Positions 13,220 to 25,999 of a stretch of DNA of 64,000 nucleotides are shown here, one piece after another. Within the stretch, counting starts at the first letter, position 1. Every line of letters starts with the position of its first letter. Source of the stretch: Felis catus (taxonomy: Eukaryota); contig NC_058368.1 of the NCBI RefSeq assembly GCF_018350175.1, forward strand, positions 101,000,001-101,064,000. Reading direction: 5' to 3'. Under the pieces are notes generated by a model, which did not search any database, was not told where the DNA came from, and worked only from the letters and a program-made list of their open reading frames with translations. A program made the translations under genes and the position numbers.

Positions 13220-13460
13220 TGTCTTAGTGGTTCTGGCTGTGTAACAGAAATGCCACAGACATGGTGTCTTATGAACAACCAAATTTATTTCTCAAAGTTT
13301 TGGAAGCTGGAAAGTCCAAGATAGGGCACTGGCACATTCAGTGTCTGATGAGTGTTCTCTGCCGTGTCCTCACATGGTGGAAAAGGGGCAAGGAATCTCT
13401 CTGGAGCCTCTTACAAGGGCACCAAACCCTAATTACCCCTTAAAGACCCAACTCCTACCG
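13220..13460 (-). mobile_element. MaLR LTR fragment (MLT1-like)
   Basis: tgtcttagt..aacagaaatgccacagac..aaatttatttctca..ggaagctggaaagtccaagat signature. Confidence 0.7.
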
Positions 13461-13594
13461 GTCTCTGCTTGAAACACCCTTTCTGTCTCCCTTGAGAAGA
13501 TGCTCATACTCACCTGTTAGGTCTCAGCTTAAATATTCCTTCCACAAAGAGCCCCTCGTTGGTCCCGCCACTCTGCACCATGAGTTTTTAGAAT

Positions 13595-13960
13595 TTTTAT
13601 TGTCGAAGTATTGTTGACATATATTAGTTTCAGGTGTACATTAATGAGTCAACAATTCTGTACCTCACACTGCTCAGCGCAGTAAGTGTAGTCCCCACCT
13701 GCCACCATACGATGTTATTACATTATTGCTGATTATATTCCTTGTGCTGTACTATTCATCGCGGTGACTTATTTTATAACTGGAAGCTCACACCTCGTAA
13801 TGCCCTTCACCCTCTTTTGCTCATCTCCCCACACCCCTCCCCTCTGGCAACCACCAGGTTGTATCTGAGTCTGCTTGTGTGTTTGTTCATTTGTGTTTTA
13901 GATTCCACATACGAGTGAAATCCTATGATACTTGTCTTTCTCTGGCTTACTGTGTATCAT
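13595..13960 (-). mobile_element. L1 3' end fragment
   Basis: tattagtttcaggtgtaca..ccctctggcaaccacc..tttagattccacata signature. Confidence 0.78.
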
Positions 13961-14399
13961 AGCAAAGTGTTCCTTCTTAGCATTTAACCAAAGAACATGA
14001 ACTCTGTGAGAGCAGGGCCATTTTCTGACTTGTTTACACTCCATTATGGGGCCAGGAGTAGATCTCAGGAGCCACTGTGGAAGGAGGAGGTAGCCAGCGC
14101 CCTGTCTTCCCAGCCCCAGCTCAATGCTGGCTACGTGCTCCACAGCAGAAGCTTCGTAGATGCATGTGGAGTCAATGACCTTGAGTTAGGATTTGCTAAC
14201 ATCTTCCCAAGTTCCCATAATGTCTCATTACATCCCGATTGTTCTGAAAACAACTGTCTTCTACAGTTTCCTCATGAACTTCACATATAGAGTGGTAATA
14301 GGTTGGGTAACTATACACTTGGATGATTTCTTAAACTCTCCTGTTAACAAATGATTAAGCTAATTCAGTGATTACAAACCTATGTTGTGCGACACCATA

Positions 14400-14575
14400 G
14401 GGCGTGGCTTTCGAAGTTTGGACCCAGGACCAGCATCATCCAAGAACTTGTTAGAAATATAATTTCTCAGGTCCTGCTCCAGACTTACAGTCTTAGATGC
14501 TCTGAATCTGGGGCCTGGAGATCTGATAAGCTCTTTAGATGATTCTTGTGCACAGAAAGTATGAGAACTGTAACC
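14400..14575. mobile_element. MER5-like hAT DNA transposon remnant
   Basis: ggaccagcatcat..gaacttgttagaaat..gatgattctt..agtatgagaact resembles MER5. Confidence 0.55.
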
Positions 14576-15049
14576 CTAGGACATTTCAAAGTATTTTCAT
14601 GTTGTGTATTTTTTTATATGTTTCAATTTTTTTTTTTTGATTTTAAAAAAACCCTCAATACTTCTAGGGGAACTGGACACAAAGTTAAATCAAGTCAGGA
14701 TGGTACATTAGAAGGCTGGTGATACCTTTAGGACAACAGTCCAACCCGTCAGCATCTCAACAAAACTAACAAGGTATTTTAAATCTAGTAAAAGATAAGA
14801 ACCATCACACTTAGAAATTGTCTTCCTTCACAAGAACTGTTATATCTGGTTATCATGGTAATTTTTCCTCAGCACAGAAGGCAGCAAAATGTCTTTCTAA
14901 ATCCTTGATATCTTTCTAAATTTGAAACCGAGTAAACTAGAATCTTTGACTTCATGGAACTTACAGAATAATGTGATATTGGATGCCTAAAAGCCCCCAA
15001 AATTTGTCATTATGAAGTGTGTCAAGGGCTCTGAAGGACTATGAAGAAG

Positions 15050-15865
15050 GTTTACTTATGCACAGAGAAGATACCTAATTTAGATTGGGGCAGGGCAGGA
15101 CCCTTCCCTGAGTGAGTGACATTGAACCTGAGACCTGAAGAATGCTGGAGGAATTAGCTGGGCAAAGAATGCGAGTAGGGAGAATGTGTTACAGAGACAT
15201 CAGCAGGTTCTAAAGCCCTGAATCAGGAGAGAGCTGTAGCCAAGCTCCCCATGGAAAGCCAGAGAATGTGGAGCATAGTGAGGGGCTGGAGCCAGATCCC
15301 ACAGGGCTCCCCTCGGGAGGTGGCCTTCAAGAGTTTGACTCCTAGCTTGCGTGCAATGGAAAGCCATTGATGGGTTGTACATAGGAGGGATGCGATCTAT
15401 TTTATTTCATTCAGGTTTATTGACAAATTTTATTTTTATCTTTCATATTCATTTATTAATTAGGCATGAGACATTTTAAAACATGATTTTTAAAAAACCC
15501 TCCAGACAGCTGGCAAACAGCAGCAGGCAATCGTCAGTTTAGGGTCATGCACGTGGTTTGTCCCTCTTGAGCCAACTTAACAAGATCACTCTGGCTGCTC
15601 GTGGAGAATAGACTGGCCACGTGCACGATCCAAAGCAGAGAGACTGTTAGGAGGCCCCTTGAATAATCTGGGTGAGAGATGACCTCCTGTTTTAGGGTGG
15701 TAGCAGGGACGAGGATGAGACACGGATATGTGAGATCTATTGCACAGCTACTGGTGAACTTGCTGGTGGACTTGAATGTGGAGGGTAAAAGGAAGGGAGA
15801 AAGAAGTCAAGGATGGGTTTTTGGCCGGCACAGTTGGGCCGATGGTGGTGCCGTTCATTGATGAG
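15050..15865. mobile_element. L2 remnant
   Basis: gtgacattgaacctgagacctgaaga..gatcactctggctgct..ggtgccgttcattga L2-type sequence. Confidence 0.6.
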
Positions 15866-15889
15866 GGCTGGGGGTGGGAGGTCGGGACC

Positions 15890-16186
15890 TGCTATAGGCT
15901 GAATGGTTGTGTCCCCCTCACATTCATACATTGAACCCCACTCCCCTGTGTGATGGTCTCTGGAGGCGGGGCTTTTAGGAGGTGATTAGGGCAGGAGGGC
16001 AGAGAACTCCCTTGTTGCTTCCACCATGCAAGGCTGTCGCAAAAACACGTGAGTCCTAAACCAGGAAGAGGTTCGTCACCAGTCCCCAAGTTTGCCACCA
16101 GCCTCCAAAATGGTGAGAAATAGATTTCTGCTGTTTGTAAGCCACCCACTCGATGGTACTTTGTTGTAGCAGCCTGAATGCAAACA
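15890..16186 (+). mobile_element. MaLR solo LTR (MLT1A/B-like)
   Basis: Starts tgctataggctgaat..tgtcccc; ends ggtactttgttgtagcagcctgaa. Confidence 0.75.
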
Positions 16187-17556
16187 GGACCCTTGTCACC
16201 CAGGGAGCTCCAGGTTTGGGGATAAATCCTTTCCTTCTTGGTCTCTTCTCCAGTGGATATACTGTGACTTCTCCTTTATGAGTTTCATCTGCAGCAGCAT
16301 GAAAGCAAAACTAGATGCAGCACTGTCCCCCCTACCCCCCAGCCCCCCCCCCCCCAGCTGAAGGAAGCTCGCCTAGAACTTTCCCACTGTGGTGATCGGT
16401 TTGTGCCGAGGCCTCTTTCGCTTCTTGCACGAGGGTCGGGAACATGCTCTGCAGCCGGGAACAAAGCAAAGCACAGAGAGCTCCATACTGCTGCCTACCT
16501 GAGTCTCCAGGTGGTGTGTGGGGTGAATGTACACACTTCTGTCATTGACCCCCTCCTCCAGGCAGGCCACGTGAAGCCCCCAACAAACGAAGATTCGACC
16601 GTGGTCTCCAGAGCGGACGCCACGACTTCCACAGTACTGAAGGCTGGAGAGAGTGATTTCTCATCACCTCTCAGGTCAAATCCAAAGTACTCCCCTAGGG
16701 CCTGGCTCTCCATCAGCTGCCCACAGCCAGCCGCACTCATGACCACGGTTTGACACTGAAGCCGGCTAGCATCTGCTGCAGACACCGCCCCTTAACCTCA
16801 CCACCCCCTGGGTTTCTTCCTCTTTAATGTCTGACGCCCACCTCATTTTGCACCATCTACTTCTACCAAGCCCTTCACACCTCCACTCAGAAGGTAAAGA
16901 GGAAAAGCGTTAAGTTGTTAGAAGATTACAGTCTTTGAGGAAAGCAGAAACAGTGGGAAGATGCATGCCCGCGTTTAACAACCTTTACAGTCCTGCGAGA
17001 TTTTAAGTACCTCATGGTATAAATGCAGACCTATTGTTTTTGGTTACCGGTTCTGAATGTACTTGCTGGGCATCAGTTATGTGTAAGATACCAGGGAGGG
17101 GGGATTACAATGAAGATCTAATCCTTGCCTTAGAGGAGCCTCCAGTCCAAGAGGAGATGGGAGACAGCAAGCCGGTCAGTAAGTAAGCAAGCAGTTAGAG
17201 TCCCCCCCCCCCCCCCCCCGGGGAGGAAGTTTCCAGGGGGCTCCCTCAGGGCTCCCTCAGGGAGCCCTGTACTGAGTCCTAAAGCCACAGGGAGCAGAAA
17301 CGCGTGCGGGAGGCTGGCTAGGCAGAGTGAACAGCTTGTACAAGGCTGGGAAGCAGTTCAGGAGTTCTGAGGTCTGCTGTGACAGGAACAAATAAAGTCT
17401 TGAATTTTCTCTGCTCCAGGCTGACCACTTCTTCTTCCTCTCCTCCTGACGTCCCGTCATAGTGTGGGTCCTGCTGCCCGGAAGAGGCACAGGAAGCAGA
17501 CCTCTTTTTGTATCCAGGTTGGAAGAAAAGATTCAGGTTTCCAAATGGAGGTATCT

Positions 17557-17766
17557 AGGGACGCCTGGGTGGCTCAGTCGGTTAAGTGGCGAACTTCAGC
17601 TCAGGTCATGATCTCATGGCTCATGAGTTCGAGCGTCACGTGGGGCTCTGTGCTGACACCCTGGAGCCTGGAGCCTGCTTCGGATTCTGTGTCTCCCTCT
17701 CTCTCTGCCCCTACCCTCCTTGCCTGCTCTCTCTGTCAAAAATAAACATAAAAAAAAAAAAAAAAA
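17557..17766 (+). mobile_element. Can-SINE
   Basis: Full head, CT tract, A tail; tttc(c)aaatggag TSD-like flanks. Confidence 0.9.
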
Positions 17767-19331
17767 GAACAATTTCAAATGGAGATATCTATCCAAATTA
17801 CAGGACGTACTATTTGCCACCTAGGACAGAAAGGGACCAGAGTTTGAACAGCCAATTGAATAGCACTTTAAATAACACACTGGGAAGAAAAATCCTTCCC
17901 ACCCTCTCAAAAATGAGTGGATGTGGCAACAGATGACTCTTAATAAAAGTTCAGAAGTGGGCGGTGAGGGCATATTGGCATGTTGAGTTCTCTCCAGATC
18001 CTCCAAAACTGAGAGCCTCGAGCGTTCTCATAGAAGTAGTCATAGGGTGAAAATTCCACGTATGGATTTGGGGTTGCACATTGTTGTGACTTTAATATTT
18101 GTGAGATGGACTTTTCTTCCCCCCTCTTCCAGACAGGATTCCTGTGACTAGCCACTGTAATTCTGCTTTAGTGCCGGTTTTCTTTCCATCACTCGAGAAT
18201 GTCAGCACCACTAGCGAATCTCCAAGCAGGTGATGTTATATCACACCTAAAACTTAGGCTTGGCCAAAATCTGAAGTCCACAAGATGAATTACAGACTTA
18301 AGTGAAAGCCGTTAGGTACTTAACAGCACAAAAATTTTCCATTACAAATACTGTTTTTCCTCTTTCTTAATTTAAAAAAAAAAATGCCTTGAGGGGGCTT
18401 TGGATTTCCAAGCCTTCCAGATCAAAGATTTCTTCAGCCCTCTGAATTATAGGAATGTTAAAAACAAAAACAAATCCTTTTCCTGCTATAAAATCCTTGC
18501 CATGTTTTTGTCTTTAGGTAACTCAAAACGGCTGAACTAAAATATGAGGCTGGTGAGTTCTGTTCAAAACCTAAAAACTCATCCGAAATGGAGTAGTTAA
18601 AAGTTTTGAAAGTGTCATTCTAATCAGTCTGTCCCAAGAATAAATTTTACTAGAATTTATCTTATTTGATGATCCTCGAAATTGCAAAATAGCACTTAGA
18701 ATAAAACAACGTATGGCTAAGGATACCGCAATGTTTTCAACTGTTTGTTAAAGTGATTCGGGATCAAAATTTTAATAATTTGGGCACGGTGGTGGTGATG
18801 GCCAGTATAATTTTCCTCTGAGTCTGTATACGCCCTTGGCTACTATGTTTCCTTTTCACCGCACATTCGCCAAAAGAGTGAACTGTTAGTTTCAAAAGCT
18901 TTTGCAGAAAGTAGAGGCTTTTTGTAAAGCAGTAGTTTAGAGTTGTGAGTCTGCCGATGGTTTTGGTATAAGGCACAACTCTGAGCCTACAAGAAAGAAA
19001 CAGCTTTGAACAGGGTGTGTGTTGTGAGCTTATCAGCCGCCTGGCATATAGCACCTTGCCTGACAATTTACTACGTGGGCGATAAGTGGTCTCAGAATTT
19101 CAGCACTTTGAAAATGAACTCCTTTTTGCTTTGTCACTAGAGAGATGTCTATGATTATGCTCATGCTAATAAAAGCACTACAGGGCGAACTCTGTGCTCC
19201 TGTGCATGGAGACATCAGTGGCTCATGTGCCCTCTGACATGAAACTTTAAGGCACTTCATATATCTAACAGGTATTTGTTGCCAATTTCCTGACATGTTA
19301 CCTTAAAAAACTTTTTTAAATAGCCTTTTTT

Positions 19332-19540
19332 GGGGGTACCTGGGTGGCTCAGTTGGATAGGCCGGCTCCAGATTTCAGCTCAGGTCATGGTCCCAGGGTT
19401 GTGGGATCGAGCCCCACGTCGGGCTCCACGCTGAGTGCAGAGCCTGCTTGGGATTCTCTACCTCCTTCTCCCTCTCCCTCTGCCCCTCTCCCCAGCTTGT
19501 ACTCTCTGTCTAAAATAAAATAATTTTTAAAAAATGAAAA
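19332..19540 (+). mobile_element. Can-SINE (older type)
   Basis: SINE head and tail. Confidence 0.85.
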
Positions 19541-21049
19541 AATAGATTATTTCTAATTATTAGAAATGTATCTTAGAGAAAAATTGGGAGACCAAAAAGG
19601 TAAAAAAAAAAAAAAAAAAACCAAACCATAAACATAAAAGAGTTTAAAAATCCCACCATTTTATTTTCTTCATGTCAATTTATATGTTGTTGCATTTGCT
19701 TTATGAGAATGCATTTACATACTTGAGATCAAGCTGCATCCAAAATTTCTACTTTTTTCTCAAAAACAACCATTTTCTCATGTTACTCTAAGTTTTGTAT
19801 CATCGTCTTAATGAACACATGTTCTTCTGTTACGGGACATATATTTTATAACCATTCTGGGACAGTCAAGTGGCTTCCAGGATTTTGGGATCATAAATAA
19901 GCCTGCAGTTCACATCCTTTTTTTTTTTTTTTCATAAACTCTATGAGTTTGGGGCTCAAACTCAAAACCTTGAGGTCGAGTCACATGCTCTACCCAACGA
20001 GCCAGCCATGCACCCCTGCAATTCACACCTTTGTACTTAAAACTATTCGATATTGCTGTGTTAGACAAAGGTGTTAGCTTCCAAGCAATCAATTTGCCCT
20101 GGCTTAAGCAAAAAAGCAAATGTATTAGCTCGCAGCGCTAAAAAGCTAGGGGTGGAGATGGGCTTCAGGCATGGCGGGACTCAGGGGCTCGAAGGTGTCT
20201 TCCGGAACACTTCTTTCCGTTTCCTGGATCCGCTTCCCTCTGTGTCAGTTTCATTCTCAGCCTTGCTCCTTACAGTCTCTGAGAGGAAAGACTGCCACTC
20301 TTTCCCAATATTTCCACTGGGAGTCCCACGATTGAGACTCATTACCTTGACTTGGGTCAAACACCTTTCCCTGAGCCAGGCACAGGGCCCAGGGTGAAGG
20401 AATGTTCTGGTTAGCCTTCAGGACATCCCCGCTCCCTCTTCCACCTCACCCCCTGCCACCCTCACTCTGCACACCCGGACTCTGATGTTTCTTGAAGCCA
20501 CCAGCCTGACCGTCAGCCAGGCCCACTGCCTCACACACTCTTCCCTCTGTGTCCCCCGGGCTTGCTGCCCCCTCACTCCCTTCAGCCTACACTCAGGACT
20601 TCCCGGACCACCTCACCTCTTCACTGTCCTCTCTCTGTGCTATTTCTCTCCAGAGACTTACACCTACCTGATGTCCTGCTATATATTCATGTGGCAGATG
20701 TTTGAATTATTTGTCTTCATGGGAACCACTAGGCTGTCACTGTGAGCAGCTCTACCCAGCCCTCAATAAAATATCTGTCAAGTGAGCTAATAAATGAGTT
20801 TGGCAGGCCATGGATGTACCCGTCTGTAGGGTCAGCCTCCCCTACTGATACGAAATACTTGCAGCAGTGGTGTGATTCCCCAAAGAAAATGGGCAGCCAT
20901 GCCCAGATGGCAGGGAGAACTGGGTCCTGGACCAACCAAACACCGGGGCCCATGACCATTTCACATCTCTTTCAAAAGCAAAGTGCCAGGAATAGGACTT
21001 AAAATACGGATGTGAATGCTTTGAGTTTCTTTTTTTTTCTTCTGATTTG

Positions 21050-21218
21050 TAAAAATGTGTATTTTGAGAGAGAGCACAAGCAGGGGAGGGGCAGAGAGAG
21101 AGAGAGGGAGACACAGAATCCAAAGCAGGCCCCAGGTTCCAATGCTCCAATCCATGAACCGTGAGATCATGACCTGAGCCAAAGACCGACACTTAACCCA
21201 CTGAGCCACCCAGGTGCC
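21050..21218 (-). mobile_element. Can-SINE, internally deleted
   Basis: Reverse SINE; tttgagtttctt TSD on both sides. Confidence 0.85.
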
Positions 21219-22441
21219 ATTTGAGTTTCTTGATGTGTAAACTAGCTCCCCTATTAAAAAAAAAAAAAAAAAAGACTCTCCTCATAGCAGACAAAATAAT
21301 CTTTCTTCAATGCAGACCGCATCACACCCTTCCCCAACTTAACACGGATAGCTCCCCATTGTACGGTGTATAATGGAAGAAGCCGGCTGTGGCACCCAGG
21401 CCCACACAATCCAGTCTCAGCCTGACTCCTCTGCAGCCCCGGAACCCACACCTTCTCACCTGGGGAACCCCCGGCCTCTGCTGGCCTCTCCGCCTGACCC
21501 CCACTTACCCTGTCAGCCTCAGGCCTCAGCTCCAGCGTCCCCTCAGGAGACCCTTCCTTGACCACGCAAACAGGGCTCCTCTTTCACCTGCTTCACACAC
21601 ATGGGTGTCTCTTCCTCACCCCATCAGCACCCTGTCGCCTTATTTATTCTGTCTCCAGCTCTAGAAGTAAGTTCCGTGGGGTCCTTTTCTTGCTGCTCTG
21701 GAGCTCCAAACTGGTACCGGGCATGTCGAAGGCCTTCAGTGAATTTGTCTTAGAAAAAAAAAAAATGAGCAGGTTGCTCACCAAGAAGGTGAGCTAACAC
21801 CCCCGTCGGCAGTGAGAATGATCATTTCATCTCCCATCCAGTTGAGATGAAACAATTTGCTTAGAATACAGCCCAAGAGATGGAATTTTTTTCAAAGGTA
21901 GTTCTCAAAATTTATTTACTGTTCTTTTTCTTTTTTTATTGAAGAGCTGGAATCCTGGGGGGGGGTCCTGACTGCGTGGGTCCTAGAGGAGAAGCACCGG
22001 GGCCGTTTTTGAGCAGAGCCTGCCCCCATTTGAGGCCAGGCACTCTGTTCCAGCCAGGTATGTTCCAGCAAGGCCCCAGGAGGGTTCCACTTTCTCATCC
22101 GGTTTGAGCACAGCCCGAATCTTCGTGCCCACTGTGTAACTAGGAAAAAAAGGTGCCCTTTTGTTGCAGTGGGACTCAAGGGAACTTTCTCAAACTGTTC
22201 CAGTGACTAAAAATTAGTGAGTTAATCCACTCAAGTGTTTGGGATGTGGTCAGGCGTCATTTGTGTGCATTCCCACCCCAAATTAGCCAATCGTGTTGGT
22301 ATTTTGATGGGCAGAACCCCCTCTAGTCTGTTCACTGTTAACATCAGAGTACGTATATTTTTGTACATGGATTTTTTTAAAGAACTTTAAACTAAAAAAA
22401 AAAAAAACTCTTGCAAAAAGAATTGACCTGTATAAAAAGCA

Positions 22442-22447
22442 TTTAAT
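22442..22447 (-). terminator. Likely PPIC polyadenylation signal ATTAAA
   Basis: ATTAAA on the - strand ~500 nt after the stop, followed by T-rich sequence; AATAAA hexamers also at 21911-21916 and 21935-21940 (-). Confidence 0.5.
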
Positions 22448-22883
22448 ATAGAGAACACAGAAGCACCTTCCACCAGGTAAAAGTCCCGATGACATATATC
22501 TGATTGCACTAGTCACATCTCTCTTTACCTGCAGAGAATTTGTTTGAATATAAAATAACAAACTTCATGTCCCCATCTTCTTCAGACAAATCTTCAGCAT
22601 CCCTCAACCTGAAGATCACATTTAATTCAGCAGAATAATGATTGTGCTCATAGAAAGAAAAGAGATCATCCAAAGTCTTCTAGTTTAAAAATAGCACCAT
22701 TGGAGAAAGAGGATATGTCTTCTAAGTGCAAAGTCCCAAGGCAAGTGATTTACTGCAGTTCATGCAAAGTAAACACTGAGTGGCTGATGTTCTGAACTTC
22801 CCTGTGATCAGGGGTAGAAAACAGAAGTAAAAACAAACCAAAACAAGACAGAAAGGCAAACAATAACTTTGGAGAATCAAAAG

Positions 22884-22907
22884 ACACACACACACACACA
22901 CACACAC
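22884..22907 (-). repeat. (GT)12 microsatellite in the proximal PPIC 3' UTR
   Basis: Directly visible. Confidence 0.95.
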
Positions 22908-22948
22908 TATCCCTGCCAGAGTGTGTTCTTTGTTTTCTGCCCGTTGTA

Positions 22949-23077
22949 TCACCAGTCAGGGACCTCGACCACGAAGGGTGTCTTCACGTCTACCTTGCCA
23001 CTGCTGACGATGGTGCAGTCGGTGAGCGGACGGTCGTGCCCATCAGTTGGCTGCAGTTCTATGGAGTGGACCACTGT
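22949..23077 (-). CDS. PPIC: PPIC exon 5: [46 protein letters not shown]
   Basis: tttcctag| acceptor, 129 nt including TGA; 117+114+94+185+129=639 nt, 212 aa; the ..DW C-terminus distinguishes it from PPIB. Confidence 0.97.
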   Translation of the reverse strand, partial: TVVHSIELQPTDGHDRPLTDCTIVSSGKVDVKTPFVVEVPDW

Positions 23078-23800
23078 CTAGGAAAGACAAGCAGACCCAT
23101 GGCTCGCTTCTGACTGGCAACCGTGGCGGTCAGAAGGTGAAATCGCTGCCCAGTCTGAAAGCCCAAGTGGGAAACCAGGGGTTTTTTTTGTTGTTTTTGG
23201 GTTTTTTTTGTTTTTTTGTTTTTGCTTTTTATTGGTTTTCTACCCGCCCCCCCCCCCTTGGTATGATTTCAAGAACCACACACGCCAACCATGGTAAACT
23301 TACCGTATTCAGGAAATTTACATACAATAGAATAAAATGTATCCACTCCCTTGCTAGTGAAAGAACGTATTTGTGAATTTCCCTCTTTTAATTAGCATTT
23401 TATATTCTAAACATAATTAGATATTTTTGTACACACATGGCTCTCATGAAATACATTTCTTCCTGCTTCACACCCGATGTAAGAGTTAATGTGGAGCATG
23501 GATCAGTTTCTGCTCTGCCCTGTAAACGGTCTAGGCATTAAGAAACCAGGTCAGAAGGCAGCCTTTAGAAGCGGAGCGGGGTCTGGGTTTGTCCATTTTC
23601 AAGCTGACCCCAGCCATTAACCTCCAGGATGAGTTAGAGAACCCAGCCCCACAGTGGCGTGAAAGCCCTATCTCTACCCAGGAAGGCTGCACACACCTGA
23701 CGCTTCACACTGAAGGAGGGAGGATTTGTCCAGGACTAGGAATACTGGCTTCTGACCTGCTTCCCACACAAGGTTGAGACAAAGAGGGCAACAGTATGAA

Positions 23801-23802
23801 AC

Positions 23803-23837
<35 letters not shown>

Positions 23838-23845
23838 CACACACA
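23801..23845. repeat. Interrupted (AC)n microsatellite, PPIC intron 4
   Basis: Directly visible. Confidence 0.95.
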
Positions 23846-24929
23846 CGATTGTTTCCTTCTGGAGAGAAACGTCTGGTGATTTTTTTTTTTTTTTCTGGAG
23901 AGAACATAGTTGTCATTAATCTCTCAAAGAAGTCTATGACTCAGAATGTTAAGGACTGTTCCTCTGAGGCCAGGCAGGTCTCCTAGGATGCACCCCAGTG
24001 GGTGGAAGGAATTCAGTGCAGTCAGTTACAGCCATCAGAAGATCGAGAGGTCAGAAGATCTAGAAAAACCGTGACCAGAAGAAGAAAACACAACACGTGC
24101 ACTCTTCATTCTCTCACGGGTTAGCGTGATGTATTCCACAACACTCATTGCGGGAACGTCTGAACCAGTTTACTATTAAACTGTTCAAAACCTGGTTCGG
24201 CCCACTGGTCAAAAACCCAGACTGACTGAACACACGCACACCCCCGTTAGGCTCACGCCAAGAACAGCATTCCCTTAGAGGCTGGCGGAGTGGTGCACTT
24301 GTGACTGGGTAAGAATACAGTCCTGTGAGGACAGTGACGTCTCACGAGAACACAGGCCTGTTCTTTATTGTGACAGGATGTAAAGTGAGCTGCAAAGTCA
24401 TCCGTGTTGGCCATATTTCATCTCACTCGCCCGTGAGAACCCTATCTTCAGCAGTGCAGGCTGAATACTTGCTTGCCCTGTGGGTTAGGTTCTGAGGGGG
24501 GTCAGCTCGGTTCCTGGCTTTTCGATGGGCAGAATCAGGATAGCGGGGAGAAGGTGGGGAAGAATCGCCATAACGGAGCTAACGTTTGGAGGGAAGAGGC
24601 AGAACTCGGACCTGAGAATGAAACAAAATCAAATATGGAAGAGGGCAGGGGAGTCAAGAATGGTCCAGGGTTGGGGTGAGCGGAACTTACAGGTGCTAGT
24701 TTAGGAGTTGGGAGAACTTCTGTGGGCAGCTAGCTGCTAAGGAGAAGTGTTGGGAACTGAAGAGAGTAAGGATTTTAAGACGTGTTCCCGTGGATTAGGA
24801 GTCGGACCCCTCTGCTATTCTTTCAGACAGACCAGCAGAAATCTGAGTTCTCTCTAGCACTTTTGGTTGCTGTACTGTGACTTCGAAAGTGACCTGTTTG
24901 TGTCCCGAAGCACCTGGGGCTCAGTGTCC

Positions 24930-25310
24930 TTTTTTTAACAGTTTATATTTAATTGTGGTAAGAAACACATAACATAAAATGTACCATCTTGCCTATTCCT
25001 ACATGGACAATGCAGCAGTCTTACGTATATTCACAGTGCACAGCTCATGGGCAGAACTTTCTCATCTTGCAAAACTGAAACTCTGCACCTACTGAACACC
25101 AACTCCCATTTCTTCCTCCTCGCCAGCCCCTGGCAACCACCATTCTCCTTCATGTTTCCGTGCATTTGACTGCTTTAGATACCAAAGTAGAATCATCCGG
25201 TCTTTTTGTGACTGGCTTATTTTACTTAACATACTCAAGGTTCATCCACGTCGTAGCACGTTACAGGGTTTCCTTCCTTTTTAAGGCAGAATATTATTCT
25301 ACTGTGTACA
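24930..25310 (-). mobile_element. Old L1 3' end fragment, PPIC intron 4
   Basis: aattgtggta..aacataaaat..cccctggcaaccaccattct..gactggcttattt signature. Confidence 0.78.
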
Positions 25311-25453
25311 CATTTGGGACCCGAGTCTTATTTGGTTACATTAAAAAAGTTTTCATTTATATCAAGTAGTAAGATAAATTAAGTACTCAGTGTTTCCACA
25401 TCAAGTCTCCAGCTTTTGCCCCGGTGCTCCTACCAGTCAGAACACCACAATAT

Positions 25454-25665
25454 GGGGTGCCTGGGTGGCTCAGTCGGTTAAGCGTGTGACTTTGGCTCAG
25501 GTCATGTTCTCGCGGTTCATGGGTTCGAGCCCCGCATTGGGGTCCGCGTACTGACAGCTCAGAGCCTGGAGCCTGCTTTGGATTCTGTGTCTCCCTCTCT
25601 GCCCCTCCCCCTACTCGTGCTCTGTCTCTCTCTCTCTCTCAAAAATAAACATTAAAAAAATTTTA
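25454..25665 (+). mobile_element. Can-SINE, PPIC intron 4
   Basis: Full head and tail. Confidence 0.9.
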
Positions 25666-25814
25666 AAAATACCGGTTTATTCACCTCTGAAGAAGCCAGT
25701 CATCATATAATGATGAACCTCTAACAAACACATTTTAAGATGAAAATAAATCACTGAAAGTCCTTCATTATAAATAGAAGGCTTCGAATGAGAAATAATA
25801 ACATATCAAGTTAC

Positions 25815-25999
25815 CATTCCATCAAGGACTTTTCCAAATACCACATGTTTGCCGTCCAACCAGGTGGGCTTGGTCAAGGTGATGAAGAACTGAGAGCCAT
25901 TGGTATCAGGCCCAGCGTTGGCCATGCTGACCCACCCGATGCCATAATGCTTCAGTTTGAAGTTCTCATCTGGAAATGTCTCACCATAAATGCTTATAC
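25815..25999 (-). CDS. PPIC: PPIC exon 4: (G)[61 protein letters not shown]
   Basis: cccag| acceptor, |gtaact donor, 185 nt; SMANAG, GSQFFI and [10 protein letters not shown] cyclophilin motifs intact. Confidence 0.98.

Noticed and set aside
16373..16785. Overlapping ORFs on both strands between SNX24 and PPIC
   Set aside because: No recognisable domain, no convincing exon chain, mostly non-ATG starts; a conservation check would be needed to exclude it fully
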